A stretch of 53,351 nt of DNA, counting the filler, from Bipalium vagum (taxonomy: Eukaryota): NCBI GenBank assembly GCA_037834085.1. It is 3 parts of 3 records of this genome, joined end to end, with 100 filler letters (N's around TTAATTAATTAA, not from the genome) between each part and the next. Parts side by side here need not be neighbours in the genome. Positions count along the whole stretch, not along the records: positions 18,872 to 34,779 come from JBBMKC010139041.1; positions 34,880 to 53,351 come from JBBMKC010028271.1; 1 more part is not named here. The stretch is one strand, 5' to 3'. The stretch's first letter is position 1, and the number at the start of each line of letters is the position of its first letter. Below, piece by piece: positions 26,790 through 39,629 of this stretch. Under the pieces are notes generated by a model. It did not search any database. It had not been told where the DNA came from and worked only from the letters and a program-made list of their open reading frames with translations. The translations under genes and the position numbers were made by a program.

Positions 26790-29700
26790 TTATTTTATAA
26801 AATAAATCACAACCCAAAAAATACAAAAGCTGACATAAAGTGCCAAGCAATAAAATCTATATGGTAACCATAAAACGCGGTACTGCAAATTTCCGTCATC
26901 TGATATTTTTAGAAATCCATATCCGGGAAATTTTACCCCCATACGATAACTACAAGTAGGAACGGAAATCTCAAGTACCTTTGACGAAAGTCCCGAAATC
27001 GAAAAGGCAACGTTTGTGTACGTTTCCAAATTCAGCCATTCAGACCAAGGGTTTTTGTGATTGAAGGAATCTTGCCGAAATTTATACTTTGACTAAAAAA
27101 CGATAATCAATTTTTTTACGAAAAAGAATTTTCAGTAGAAATCGAATATTTATGTTTGTGCTCCACTGAGACCAATGACATACTTTTTTAAAAATTACAA
27201 ATACATTCAAGTGAAATTAAGGAGAAATTCCTTTTCTCCTATTCTAACATTTACTCTTCGATCAAATATTTCAATTTAGAAAATCAATGATTTAACTTTA
27301 TCTGTCATCTCAATTTTGTAATAATATTAAAATGAAAGGACATGTTTTACCAATTATTTTATTTATTTCTACAAATTGAAAGATTTGATGTTTCTGGAAA
27401 TATGAATTGCGACACAAATATTTATTGATAGTTTTATTACTAATACTTTGTGGTTCAGTTGATCACAATGAAATATAAAGATTTTGTAAATGGAAATAGA
27501 GTTACAAAGACATTCCCGTTTTGATAATGTATCAATTTATTATATATACACGTGATGTAGCAAAAATTTATATCGATTTAAATATAAATTTCAGAAAATT
27601 CAAATATATTATATTACACTATTTTGAAGAAGTATTCGTAGGACAAAAATACCTATTTATCTTTATTTTAAATATATGGGTCAACAAATATTAAAACTAA
27701 ATAATATGAACAATACTGTTAGAATACAAATATTTGCATAAATTTTATTGTATAATTAAATTTTATATGTAATTTTGTTAACTGTAAGGAGTTACATCAG
27801 TTCTGCATATAAATACTTTATATTTCAGAAGTTTCTTTCATTTTTCTAAATCCAACTTTTATTATGAAAAAGTGATCGTAAGAATACTTTTTGCAGATAG
27901 TGTATATAATATATTTGGATTTAGTTTTTCAAAATTATATTTAAAGCGATATCAATTTTGGCTACATCACGAATTCATGAATACCAAATTAATGAAATTT
28001 ATGCTTCGATATGTGATTCCTGGTTAAAAAAATCAATACTTCAAAAATTTCGTAAAATACATGATGATGATCATCTGAACACACCCCGAGTGAGTAAAGA
28101 CATACTGAACTACAAGTGAGAGATTAAAGTGTTCTCGATTATTTAAACGGGAAAAAAGAAGCATTCAAATTAAAAAGTCGGAAGAAAATTTTTTTTAAAG
28201 ATAAAGCGAAAACCCATATGTTTCTGTTTAGCAGTAATCTTGATTTATATTTTATATCAACCTTAAACAAAGAATATCTGTTATTAATGACCTGAAGTTA
28301 TTTTTCGACCATCACAGAAATCCTTGGATGGGAAAGAGTTCACCCATGAAGAGTATGTCAGAGAGGCACCTTAATTAACAGGTTAATTAGAGTCATATCA
28401 TAGTGTAAGTAAAAAGAAATTTTCAAGTTATGAATCATATTCCCAGTTCTGTCTTAGAAAATCCGAATTAACACATTATCAACCCAAATAACAATAATAT
28501 AAGGCAGGCAAAAAAAATAGTTATGTTGTATTACCAAATGGGTGTGAGCAGTGACAACCAGTTGAATATCGGATTTGGAACTGAATATTTTCTGAATGTA
28601 TAAAAGGAATTGTCAATACATAAAAACATTAACTTTCTTTCTTTATACCCTTTGCATATTTACCGTTTCATGATTGAATAAAACATTGATTTTTGAAGGA
28701 TCTGCTTGAGATTTCAAAAATTCAACAACCCTGTCATAATCGGCTTTTGATCTGATGTCGGACTGCAAGAAAAATATTATAAAACAAATTGAGAGATAAA
28801 TGAGATAGAGAGTAACAAGAAACACTTTAGATCTCCACTGGTTTACATGTCAATGTTAAAGAAGGATACTTATTTAAAAATTTTGAAAGAAAAATGATTA
28901 TGCCTGAGATAAATGTGGAATAAAAGAGTAAGTTCCATAAGACAGAGGAAAAAAGGGAACAGAAATTTGATTCTGACACAATTGAAAATTATTCCAAACC
29001 TCTTGTGATCTGAAAATAATCGATTCTGAATCCAAAGCATTTTGCACAGGATAATGTTCAAAGGCATACAGACAATTAGAAGCATTGCTGAAAAGCTTAT
29101 TCAAAGATTGGAAAGGAATATCAAGAGAAATCATTAGTATATGAATAAATCTTGAAGATATTGAAAAAGTACAGAACCTAATATTGGACATTTCAATTGT
29201 TTATGTTTTTGAGCCAAATTGCAAAAGTTTTGTCTACCCAAAGAAAATAAATAAGCTCCAACAATTTTCTTTTTTAGTTTAAAAGAAAGCACAGTAAAGT
29301 GATTTTTTCAATATCTGCAGAAGAAACTCTTAGATTGAATAGGTTTTCATTAAGACTTTACCATGAAAGAAATTCACAATAAAGACTTTAGAAATAATGC
29401 AAATATTAATATTGGATGGTCACTGGCAGTTAACGAAACAATATCTATCTCTTGAGGTCACGAAGAGGTTCAACAATAGAAACATGTTCAAAATGTCTAT
29501 TTGTGAATAATATATTTCATTGGCGATTAAAGAGATAGGTAGTTATTAAAAGATTTTAAGCCAGAACCTACTCCTATACACACCTTACATTTAATGATTT
29601 CCGCCTGTATTTAAAAAGAAAAATTTCTTAATAAGATCAAATGATGTGATTCTAGAGGAAAATTACATGAAAGCTTTAATAAATCCAAACAAGTTATTTA

Positions 29701-31624
29701 TTATAATCAATTTTTTCCTGTTATACTCCACGCGAATCATTTATGAATAAAATGTGAAAAAATTCAAATAAATAATCGATAACGAAAACTTTTAACATTT
29801 ACAAAAGAAATACTGTGATAAAGTTAATATTTCCACTGGACTTCAAGTATGGAAAGGAAAGATTAAATTGTCTAAGAAATCTTTCAACAATCATCGGATC
29901 TCTTTGTGAGAAATCTTCACCCCCGATATCATTGTCTCCCGGAATCACAATTACCTGCAATGACGAAAAATAATAGGCATAACAATTTTATTTAATTAAT
30001 TATTGTATTCATTTCACTATCATTATAAAACAAGAAATCTTATTTTTAAAACTAAATATATTATGCATAACGCAAGGATGATGAAGTTTCTTTGATCAAA
30101 ATGGAAAAATAACTCATGTATTACGAGGGAAAGACTTCAGATTACCATTATATTTTTGATGAAAACTGAAAATAAAAATTAGTGGCCATTTTAACATAAT
30201 GACAAAAAAGGCTTTTCGATATTTATTTCGTGTTGTTGAATGTCCACAAATTAAATTAAATAATCGATCGCTTGATTCAGAGTAAGGTATTGGAACCACT
30301 TAAAAAATGTAAACAAAAATTAATTTCATTAAAATATGTTGACACTTCCACTATATTTTTTCAAGAACTTCAATTTAAAAAATCAATATTATCCAATAAT
30401 ATTCTTTCACTTATTCCATAGCTAAAATGATATAACTAAAATATCATAAATCAAAATGGATACATTTAAACTTTTTTCAAATAAAACTGTAGAAGTACAA
30501 AATAATCTTTTTAATCGATACTCTAATCACCAAAATGCATTTTTACATTTAGAACAGTTAATTTATCAATTTTAACAGATAAAAATGTTATTATTGAAGT
30601 ATGCGCTTTATATGATTATTTCGAACATGTGTCATTGAGAATTCCAATGCATAAAATGAGGAACGAAATAGTAATTCCAGACTAGTAAGAAGCCAATATT
30701 AATTTACGAACCATGAAACTATATTAAAATTCAAAATTTCGATTAATACCGCTTTTAAAGGTTTAAGACACTAGCTTCATTAAAATATTAAATCATTTAC
30801 ACCAAAGTTACATTTTATGAAATCAATAAAATATAAATTATAAAAAATCTTAAATTATACATTACAAAGAATTAAATAATGACGACTCAGAATGAATTAA
30901 TCCTCATAATTGTCAACTCTAAATATCAAATAAATATATAAATTCATATTTTTCAAAGGATTATATATTTTAATTAAAAATATGCTAATAAAGGAAACCC
31001 AAGAATTTACTGTAGTTTTGTCAGCTATTAACTGCATAAATATACTGTTAAATCTTTCTGTATAACTTTTAAATTGAGAGTCCGAAGCGATTTCTCCCTC
31101 ATCAAAGATATCTCCCAGAAATACAATGAGACTTGGATCAGTAAATTTTAATGCTCGAGAGAAACCTGATTTTAAAAATCTCAATAGAATTACTTATTAA
31201 ACAGAGATAATAAAAATATATACCGATCTGCATCCAATCTTATAATTGGACCAAAAAGTTTATATTCATATTCCATTCCAATTAATTGTGGATCTGCAAC
31301 CAATAAAACATTATGAATATTAGAATTTTCCCTGATCCTAGATTATATTAACATTAATATAGTTAAAACCAATTAATAACTTCGGAAAATCACTTAATAC
31401 CCATTTTAAATAACACAATTCAAATAAAATAACTTCATTGAATATTATGAATAAGACTGAAGAAAGAATCAATTTCCATTTCGTGAAAATTCTTTTGCTT
31501 CTGCACTTTAAAAAATAAATGATCTAAAAATTTTGAATAATCAATTTAAAAATTTTTATAAAGTAATTTGAAATGAAAATTAACAAATATTTACGATTAA
31601 TAAATAATCTAAAGATTTTCTCAT
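26790..31624 (-). CDS. MPPE1/PGAP5/Cdc1-like membrane metallophosphoesterase; complete, 8 coding exons
   Basis: Exons 31595-31624 (putative ATG, least certain), 31381-31523, 31224-31337, 31011-31179, 29814-29954, 28649-28762, 28535-28591 and 26790-27092 are all in phase. N-terminal TM ending FNE, VLLVADPQLIG, DADRFL, VFLGDIFDEG, IPGDNDIGGE, LFNH, VVTAHTH, EISVPTCSYRMG and a C-terminal TM. Confidence 0.88.
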
Positions 31625-34600
31625 CTATAGGAAAATTTTAAATTCAATCAAATTTAAATATTAAAACAACTTATGAAAATTAGTTATTTTTCCTGTTCTA
31701 TTACAACTGACAAAACAATAATAACCTTTTATTATTATCTATAACATATGGTTTGACATTTTATAACGATCATAAATATCCTTAACTTCAGGCTTGATAG
31801 TAAGAGATATTAAAAATTTATAATTTTAGTTTTTTAAAAAATTTAAAATTAAATAATGATTACTCAATATTATCTTAAATAAATTATTTTCCATTTCATT
31901 CCAAATTCACTCCATAATTGTTTCAAATTTTGCTCACTATAGAACTCTGCATTCTATATTTATTTATTAGGTGATATGTTTTTTCTCATTTTTGGACTTT
32001 GTCGAGTTTAATAAATATGTGTTTGGTTCGAGGTTCAATGCGAGACCTCCTCTCTAAAAATATAAAATGTTAACTATATAATTATAGATTGGATATGGGC
32101 TCACCAACTCTTTCAAATGTAGTATAACAAATAAGCATTCTAACATACGAACTAAATTCAACTAAAATCAACTGAGGTAACACCATTTTATTACAAAAAT
32201 ATATTTGTTAAAACAATACAACATTTTCTGAGCAATAATATTTATTAGTTAATTAAGTAATATTTTCTTGGATTTATGATAACCGAAGAAGCTCTGATAT
32301 CAAACAGTACGAATTCTGTCGCCTAGAGCGAAGCAGAATCGATTTACTAAGAGAACAGAAACGAAAATAAGCAAATATAATAAAAAGAACGTAGTGCAGA
32401 GTATTTGCTCTGAATATTTGAATTGTTATTTTATTATTTAAATTTAACTCAAAAGAGATCGATAATATATTTTCTTAAATATCCGAAACGTATTTAATTT
32501 TACCTTTTAATAGTAGCGTTAACTTGTCGATGCGAAGTTAAAGTACAAATTGAATGCGAATTTTCACATTCCAGATCTTTTGATTGGTTTAGGATCAAAC
32601 TTTCCATTAATAAAGTAATATGTGGGCTGTTTCTCTCTTAGAAAAGTTCTTATATTATAAAAATTACTAAATATGTCCACCCACATTAATATTTACTCAT
32701 CAATTAATGTACGTATTCATTTCATGTTTTTAATATTATCTTCTCATGTCAAACACATTTATTTTGATATCTCACTTCTTATAGAATTCAAACATCTTAT
32801 CTCATATAGATGCCCAATTATCGATTCATATATTCTTATATCCAAAGTAATAGCGTTCACTGCCATTTCGTAATATTCTTAAAATTTTCCCCATTGAGTG
32901 TATTTTTTTCTATTAAATAATAATAATTCAATTTTTCTTTCCTTTGGTCCCTTTTTAATTGTCGTTACAATCGATTTACCTAAACTAGTCAAATTGGTCG
33001 ATTGGTTTTCTATATTTAATCCAAATCATGTGAATATATTGTTTCCTTCTAAACTTCCTGATTAAATCATTTCCAAAATCGCAATTTATATTCATTCTTT
33101 GTTATTATAGTATTGTTGGGATCTACAATGAAAAACTGATGAAAAACCATACTGAACCAACAAAAACCGCCAAGAAATAGCCTACGGAAACCGCGGATGA
33201 CCTCAAGGAACCTAAGGAGCCGACGGAGAGTGAAGACAACTCTCCTAAATTAATTATCGACATATAAAATATTTTATATTTGATTTTACATTTAATTTTG
33301 CAATGTGCTTGAAAAGCCTTTTTAAGACCTAGTTTCTTATTTTTATAATTCTTAAAATGTGTGATATTGTATTTTATGTTCGAAAATATTATTAATTAAG
33401 CTTAATATAAATATTTGTGTTTAATAAATAAATAAAAAGATAAAATAAAATATATAAAATATGGGTTTAAAATATTAATTAAAAATACAATCCAAGTGAT
33501 TAATTATTATTGCATTTTATGAAAATAAAGGATGTGGAAGTAAAGTTACTAAATATAGAAAGTTCCATAATATAAGAAATTACCTAAAATAATAACTACC
33601 TACGCATAATTATACTATTAGGAAGTCAAGTTTCCCTAAAATAGAAATCGCCTACACATGAATTTATTATTATAAAGTTAGAATAAAGTCAATAAGAAGG
33701 TCTAGAATGTGGAAAACAGGAGTATATAAGCTCTTGGTTTTCACATTCAAAATTCCCCTAAAAACTTAGAATATGATTTGATATCTATTCAAAAATGCTT
33801 TTAAGATGCCCCTTATAATACTAAAGGTAAGGAATTTGTATTAATTTCAAAAATGTTTAACCGATAGAGTTAAATAAAATAAATAATTAATTAACGTTTA
33901 TTTAGTAATAGAAGTAAATTCTTCTCATCCCTAACCTTTTAATATTTTCCTATATTGTTGTTGGGTTCTAGAATTAATAATAATAATAATAATATTAAAA
34001 TTTTTAAAAAATTTTTTCCAAAACTCGCCGTGGGGATTTTGATATAATAGGCTAATGGATTTCATGTAGGTTTCCTTCGGACTCCATCTCAGCTTGAAGA
34101 TAGAGTTCGATTAATGGCTATGAGGGAAAATAGTTGTCTCTGATCGTAGGAATTGGTGATCGTAAACCAATCTCTAAGACTATAAAAGTAGACAGCTATT
34201 ACCGTAAATGTCCCAAAAAATTAAAAAAGAAATTAAAAAAAAAATTTATTGTAATTTTTTTATTCAATTAGGGTGCGGATAAAGTATTTTTGTGGGAGTT
34301 TTAATTCAAATCGAGTTGAACTTTGTACAGCGACAATAGAATTAGGAACACAGCACATTAAAGTGAGAAGTTGTTGATATACGAGCGCAAGTTACTTCTT
34401 AGAGTATAATAGTAACAAAGTCAAGAATGTATCTTATTAATTAAATAACTATTGTTTGTATTTTTGAATATTGATTGTATATTAAAGATCTAACCTTGCA
34501 TTTTTGATAACAAATATACCTTATTTTGTTAATCGCTTTATTTATTCGTGATTCTTTTATTATTAACACAATTGAAGACCTGTACAGATATGAAGATTGT

Positions 34601-34779
34601 ATACAAAAAAATGGTCGCATACAAACAGATGTGACACCTCAGATATAATTGTAAAAAAAATATAGGTAATCATACAGATCTATAGCTGAATCATTAATTT
34701 AGAATAAAGAATCTATAATTTTTTAGTTTCTATAAAATTTAGAAAAATGGTCTCAACAAAAGAAAGTATTCGCGAATTA

Positions 34780-34879
34780 NNNNNNNNNNNNNNNNNNNNN
34801 NNNNNNNNNNNNNNNNNNNNNNNTTAATTAATTAANNNNNNNNNNNNNNNNNNNNNNNNNNNNNNNNNNNNNNNNNNNN
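34780..34879. other. Artificial contig-joining linker N44-TTAATTAATTAA-N44
   Basis: Identical structure to 18772-18871. Confidence 0.95.
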
Positions 34880-34949
34880 AATATTTCTATCAATTGAAAA
34901 AAATACTTTGAAATACTTAAACAAAAAAACGAAAAAACTTATGGTTCAC

Positions 34950-35900
34950 CCTAATAGGTGATTTTCCGCAGCAGGTGATAGTAATTTTCTGTTTATATTC
35001 ATGTAGTATTTTTTGCAATCCATTTCAGTCACCTTGTTAACTGATATTTGAATTACATCATTTAAAGTTTCCTTTCATGTACGGTAGGCTAAAATATTTC
35101 GTGCACTCAACTTTACCTTTGAGAATACCTTTTCAATTGAATTCATCATTGGGAAATAAAGTGGTAAAAATTAACTTATGTCTTGAATTATTCACAAGAT
35201 CTCGAACTTCTACAATTTTGTGAATTCTAGCGAAATCCAAAATTAACCAAGTATCGTCAAGATTTCTTTTAGAGAATTCATTAAAGAGTCCTCTAAGAAA
35301 TTCACAACAAATATTTGAATTCACATTTGAATGTGTAATTATTTGATTAAATACTACAGCTTGCATGTTTTTGGCTGCAATCAAAGAAATCTTACGCACT
35401 GTTGAAATTATTACTCTTGCGGGAGTGTTGACTTTAGAACGTGCCTTAGTTCTTCAAAGATTATGATTGAAGCCCTATTTGTCAATATAAATATAATTCT
35501 TTCTCTCTCCAGGAGCTTGACTATAAAAATATAATGCACGCATTTTTCTTTCCTATAAAGTTGCAAGTGAATTTCTGCGGTCTACTTCCATTGAAGCACA
35601 TTTTAAGATAATTTTTATCGCTTTATGGTATTGCTTATAGAAGTTAAGCACAAATCAACTATTTTATTTCAGTAATCTTTAACCGAATCATTTTCAGTGA
35701 TATGTATGCATTTTCTTCTACTATTTTTCTATAAAATCCAATATTCTTGGGATTTCTTTTACCACCACAATTTTTTGAACTATATGACTGTTTTTATATA
35801 GATTTAACCGCGTTGATGTTTCAACTGAGTCTTGAATGGTTTTCCATCTTCGAAACATTTTATTAAAATACTCCTTTTGTTTAACCTTATCTTGCTATAT
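34950..35900 (-). mobile_element. IS630/Tc1-like (DDE_3-type) transposase remnant
   Basis: IYIDK*GFN (first D), ISLIAA, LILDFARIHK (second D) and a degenerate PxxNxIE segment; stops and frameshifts. Confidence 0.72.
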
Positions 35901-36659
35901 GTAGCGAGTTTTGCACGTTAATTTTGTAACCCTTAAATATGTAAGTTGTAAATTTGAAATTTTTAACACGTTTTCTTACTTTGTGGTTTTGCCGAACGTA
36001 AACTTTCCTACAATTACTAGTACAATCATTCATTTTTAAATTTGAGTCTTTTAATTAATAAAATAATTCCTTCAAACAATCAAAGTTGAATAATACATTT
36101 AAAATAGTTCAAAATTAAAAAATGTAAAAATAATAGTTTAAATTAAAATGTTTAAGGTTTAAATGGGAATATATAAAATTAAAATTGAAGTGGAAAACAT
36201 GTTGATTAAAGTATTTGAATCAAATTATTTCTGGTGTTCTCATAAAATGCTACACTTTTCTCAAAAGAGTAATAAAAATAATTTGGTAAATATATTTTTA
36301 CATTCTGTTAGAAAAGGAAATAAAATTTTGTCATGCAATGAAATTTTTTATATTGTTATATGTTTAATTGTGTAATTGTTTTAAGTTATCATCACAGTTT
36401 ATATTGACATTCGCGGGATTTTTTAATTTAGTACAAATCATGATTTTTGCACTGAAATCTCCTGCCATCTTCCATGTAAAGATTAAATAATAAAAAATAA
36501 ATCATAAATATTTTTAAAATAAATTTAAAGGTTTCTTTTAAAAATTAAATAATTAAAATAATGTTTATTAAGTTTTCAGACAATTAATTTTTTTTATTAA
36601 ATAATAAAAAGAGGACACTTATTCAAACAATAAAACTATTTTCATATACTAAATATTGA

Positions 36660-37730
36660 CTTTATGAATTCAGAAACTGTTGATAACGTCACAGTAACTA
36701 ACGTTCCCAATGACCAAATTTTTTCCCAATGGGACGAGACATTCGAGGACTCTTCTTCACACAGAACAATGTACAAGTGGATTGCATTGTTTAATTAGAG
36801 AAGACAATCAGTTTTTGATGACCAAAGAACTGGACGCCAATGTGAAATTTCTGACAAAATTAAAGAAAATGTGAATTTTTATTGCGAGTAGATCGTCGAA
36901 TCACAACTAGGGCACTGGCTGATGCAGTTAATGTGAGTAAAGGACCCATACAATCAATAATGCATGAATTTGGAGTGAGAAAGTTGGTTCCCCACTTTCT
37001 TTCATCAGAGATGTATAAGAATAGCCTGGAATGCTCTCAGACAAATCTCCTTCTTTTCCAACGGAATGGTGAGGCATTATCATGCAAGATGAAACACCTT
37101 TCAGTCTTTATCTTCCAGAACCTAAGCGCGAGTCAAGTAAATGGAAATTTCCAGGAGAATCAAATTGCAGGAAGATGAGATCTGGAAACGTCCACAAAAA
37201 ATGTCTGATGCTGAGCATTTTTTTTGGATTTTCGTGGTGTTATCCTTTCCGATTTTGCTGAAAAAAGACCAGGCTCAACTCTGCATACTACTCTGATCTT
37301 GTCTGCAAATGTTGACATACTCGAAGAAATGAACGGAGCATTCTAATGTGGTTTCTCCATGACGATGCACCAATCCATAAAAGTGCAGCATCCAAGTGAG
37401 TTTTGCAGGAAAGTGAATTTGACCTATTGGACCATCCTTCCTACATTCCAGACTGTGCTTCCAGTGATTTTTATCTCTTCAGATATATGATGAAACATTT
37501 GTGGGGCAAAAATTCTGAAAATGCTTAAGATCTGAGAGAGGAAATCGACAGTTTCCAGTATGATTAGTAGTCAGATTTCTTCTAAAATGCATTCTTTTCA
37601 CTGATCCAGCGCTGGCAATAGTATTTAAATGGCTCTTATATTGAAAAATGATGTCTACAATTGCTATGTTATTAAGTAAAAGTTGAGTGTTTCTATTAAA
37701 TTGCATTCCTAGCTATTGCACAGACCACGT
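36660..37730 (+). mobile_element. Near full-length decayed mariner transposase
   Basis: TMYKW...DDQRTGR, DRRITTRALA, KLVPHFL (WVPH), FLHDDAPIH and DHPSYIPDCASSDFYLF (YSPDL region). Confidence 0.85.
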
Positions 37731-37735
37731 ATATA

Positions 37736-39447
37736 CTTTTACACGAATTATTATCCGTACGATTATATTGCAAATAATAAAATAAAATTTAAAGAAAAAA
37801 TTGTTAGAAATTTTAAAAGGCTATGGTTTCTAAGTATAATAACTAATGCTGTATATTTTAAAAATAATAAGAGGATGAAAACATAATTAATTGAAAAGTT
37901 TAAAAATTAGTTACACAGAAAATATCTGTTCGAATATATTTATGTTAAACAGACAACAATTAGTAACAACATTTTGTTCTTAATAATTAATTGACCCACT
38001 CTTATTCTTAATTATCGTTTCATAGCGCTTATTCATAGAACTGAACACAGTATTACAAAAACATGGAGTAATTTTTGCCATTCCTTCAAGATACACCTTT
38101 TCAACATAGTTTTCCCAGTAATTTACCTGTCTTACAGTTTTATCTTCAATAGAGCCCATAAATTTTCAATTGGGTTCATATCAAGTGATTGCCCAATCCA
38201 TTTCATGAAATTTATACCGGATTCATGAAGCCAATGCGTAATAATTTTGGCCGTATGTTTCGGGTCTCTGTCATGTTGGAACTTAAAATCAGTCTCAAGA
38301 CCCAGGTGATGGCAGATTCCAAAAAATTATCTTTTAAAATTCTAAATAATCCTGCTTATACATTATTACATCGATGAAGACTAAATTTCCAACTCCGCAA
38401 CTTGAAAAACATCTCCAACCATAGCCGATTCATTACCATTCTTCTATGACTATGACATTGTAATTTTATTTCTTCTCCCGGTTTTCACCAAGCAATAACC
38501 CTTTTACCCGACTAAAATACGTTAATTTTATTTCGTCAGACCAAAGGACTTTATTCAAGTCGGTTGAATGGTACAGAAGTTCTTTGACCCATGTAACACG
38601 GGTTTGCTGATTAATCTTTGAAATTAATGATTTTTTTCGTATTATCCTCCCATGAAACCCTATCTCTGAAAAACAATTTCTCAAAGTTGACGGGGAAATT
38701 GATATGCCACTGTCTTTTTAAATTTTTATGCTACTTTTTCAATTGATATCCTTCGTTTTTTTTTCATAATTTTTTGAATTATTCTATCTTCTTTGATTGT
38801 TGTTAGTCTTGGTCTTCTCGCCAAGTACAATTATTTACACTGCTATCACGAGAATATTTTTCCAAAATATATTGGACGCTAGATTTTGAACATTTAAGAT
38901 TGTCTGATATTTGGCCAAGACTAAATTTTTCTTTTTTCAATATAATAACAAGATTTCGGAGATCTGTAGAGTATTCTTTTGTCTTTGGAAACATTCAAAT
39001 AATCAATTTGGAAATAGATTTAGAAATCCTATGAAAACCTTGTAAAGCTATGTAAATTAAAAATCTCTTACTTTTACTGACAGAAATAAAATATTTAAAC
39101 AATAATTTTTTTTAAAGATTTAACATAAAATTTGCTATTTTTCTTAAAAGGTTAAGGTCATACGGATAATTATTATACAATAATTAATATTATATAATAA
39201 TATTATATATTATATAATAATATTATATATTATATAATATTATATAATAATAATTAGAAAAAAATCTAAGTGAGAAAATTTAGAAATTTTTATTATTAAA
39301 AACCTACATTAACCTTTATAAATAAACTCATTAATAATGATAGTATTATAAACGCCGAAAACTTTTTAATACCCGTTGATTTTCTTAAAAAAAAATTATG
39401 TTTCAAACATTTATATATAATCGTACGGATGATTATTGGAGTAATTG
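37736..39447 (-). mobile_element. Tc1-family element of about 1.7 kb with both TIRs and a decayed transposase
   Basis: Left TA|CTTTTACACGAATTATTATCCGTACGATTATAT vs right-end reverse complement TA|CAATTACTCCAATAATCATCCGTACGATTATAT. Transposase from 38994: MFPKTKEYSTDLRNLVI, KSSVQYI, KVLWSDE, GWRCFSSCGVG and DMNPIENLW. Confidence 0.88.
39180..39252. repeat. AT-only short tandem repeat (tatataataatatta-like) inside the Tc1 terminal region
   Basis: Direct reading. Confidence 0.75.
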
Positions 39448-39629
39448 TATATACAGGGTCTGAAATAAGTTATGGAAATCTTACAAAGTTACTAAAATCG
39501 ATATTTTAAAGATTTAGTAGCCTTAAATTTGTTAAATTTAAATATTATTAAATGATAGTAATGAGATTAGATTTTATTCAATCTTTTCAATATTTAATTA
39601 AATATTAAACCAAAAAATAAAATTTTTAC

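Noticed and set aside
32020-32110. B-box-like GGTTCGAG suggesting a tRNA or SINE
   Set aside because: No A box or cloverleaf could be built.
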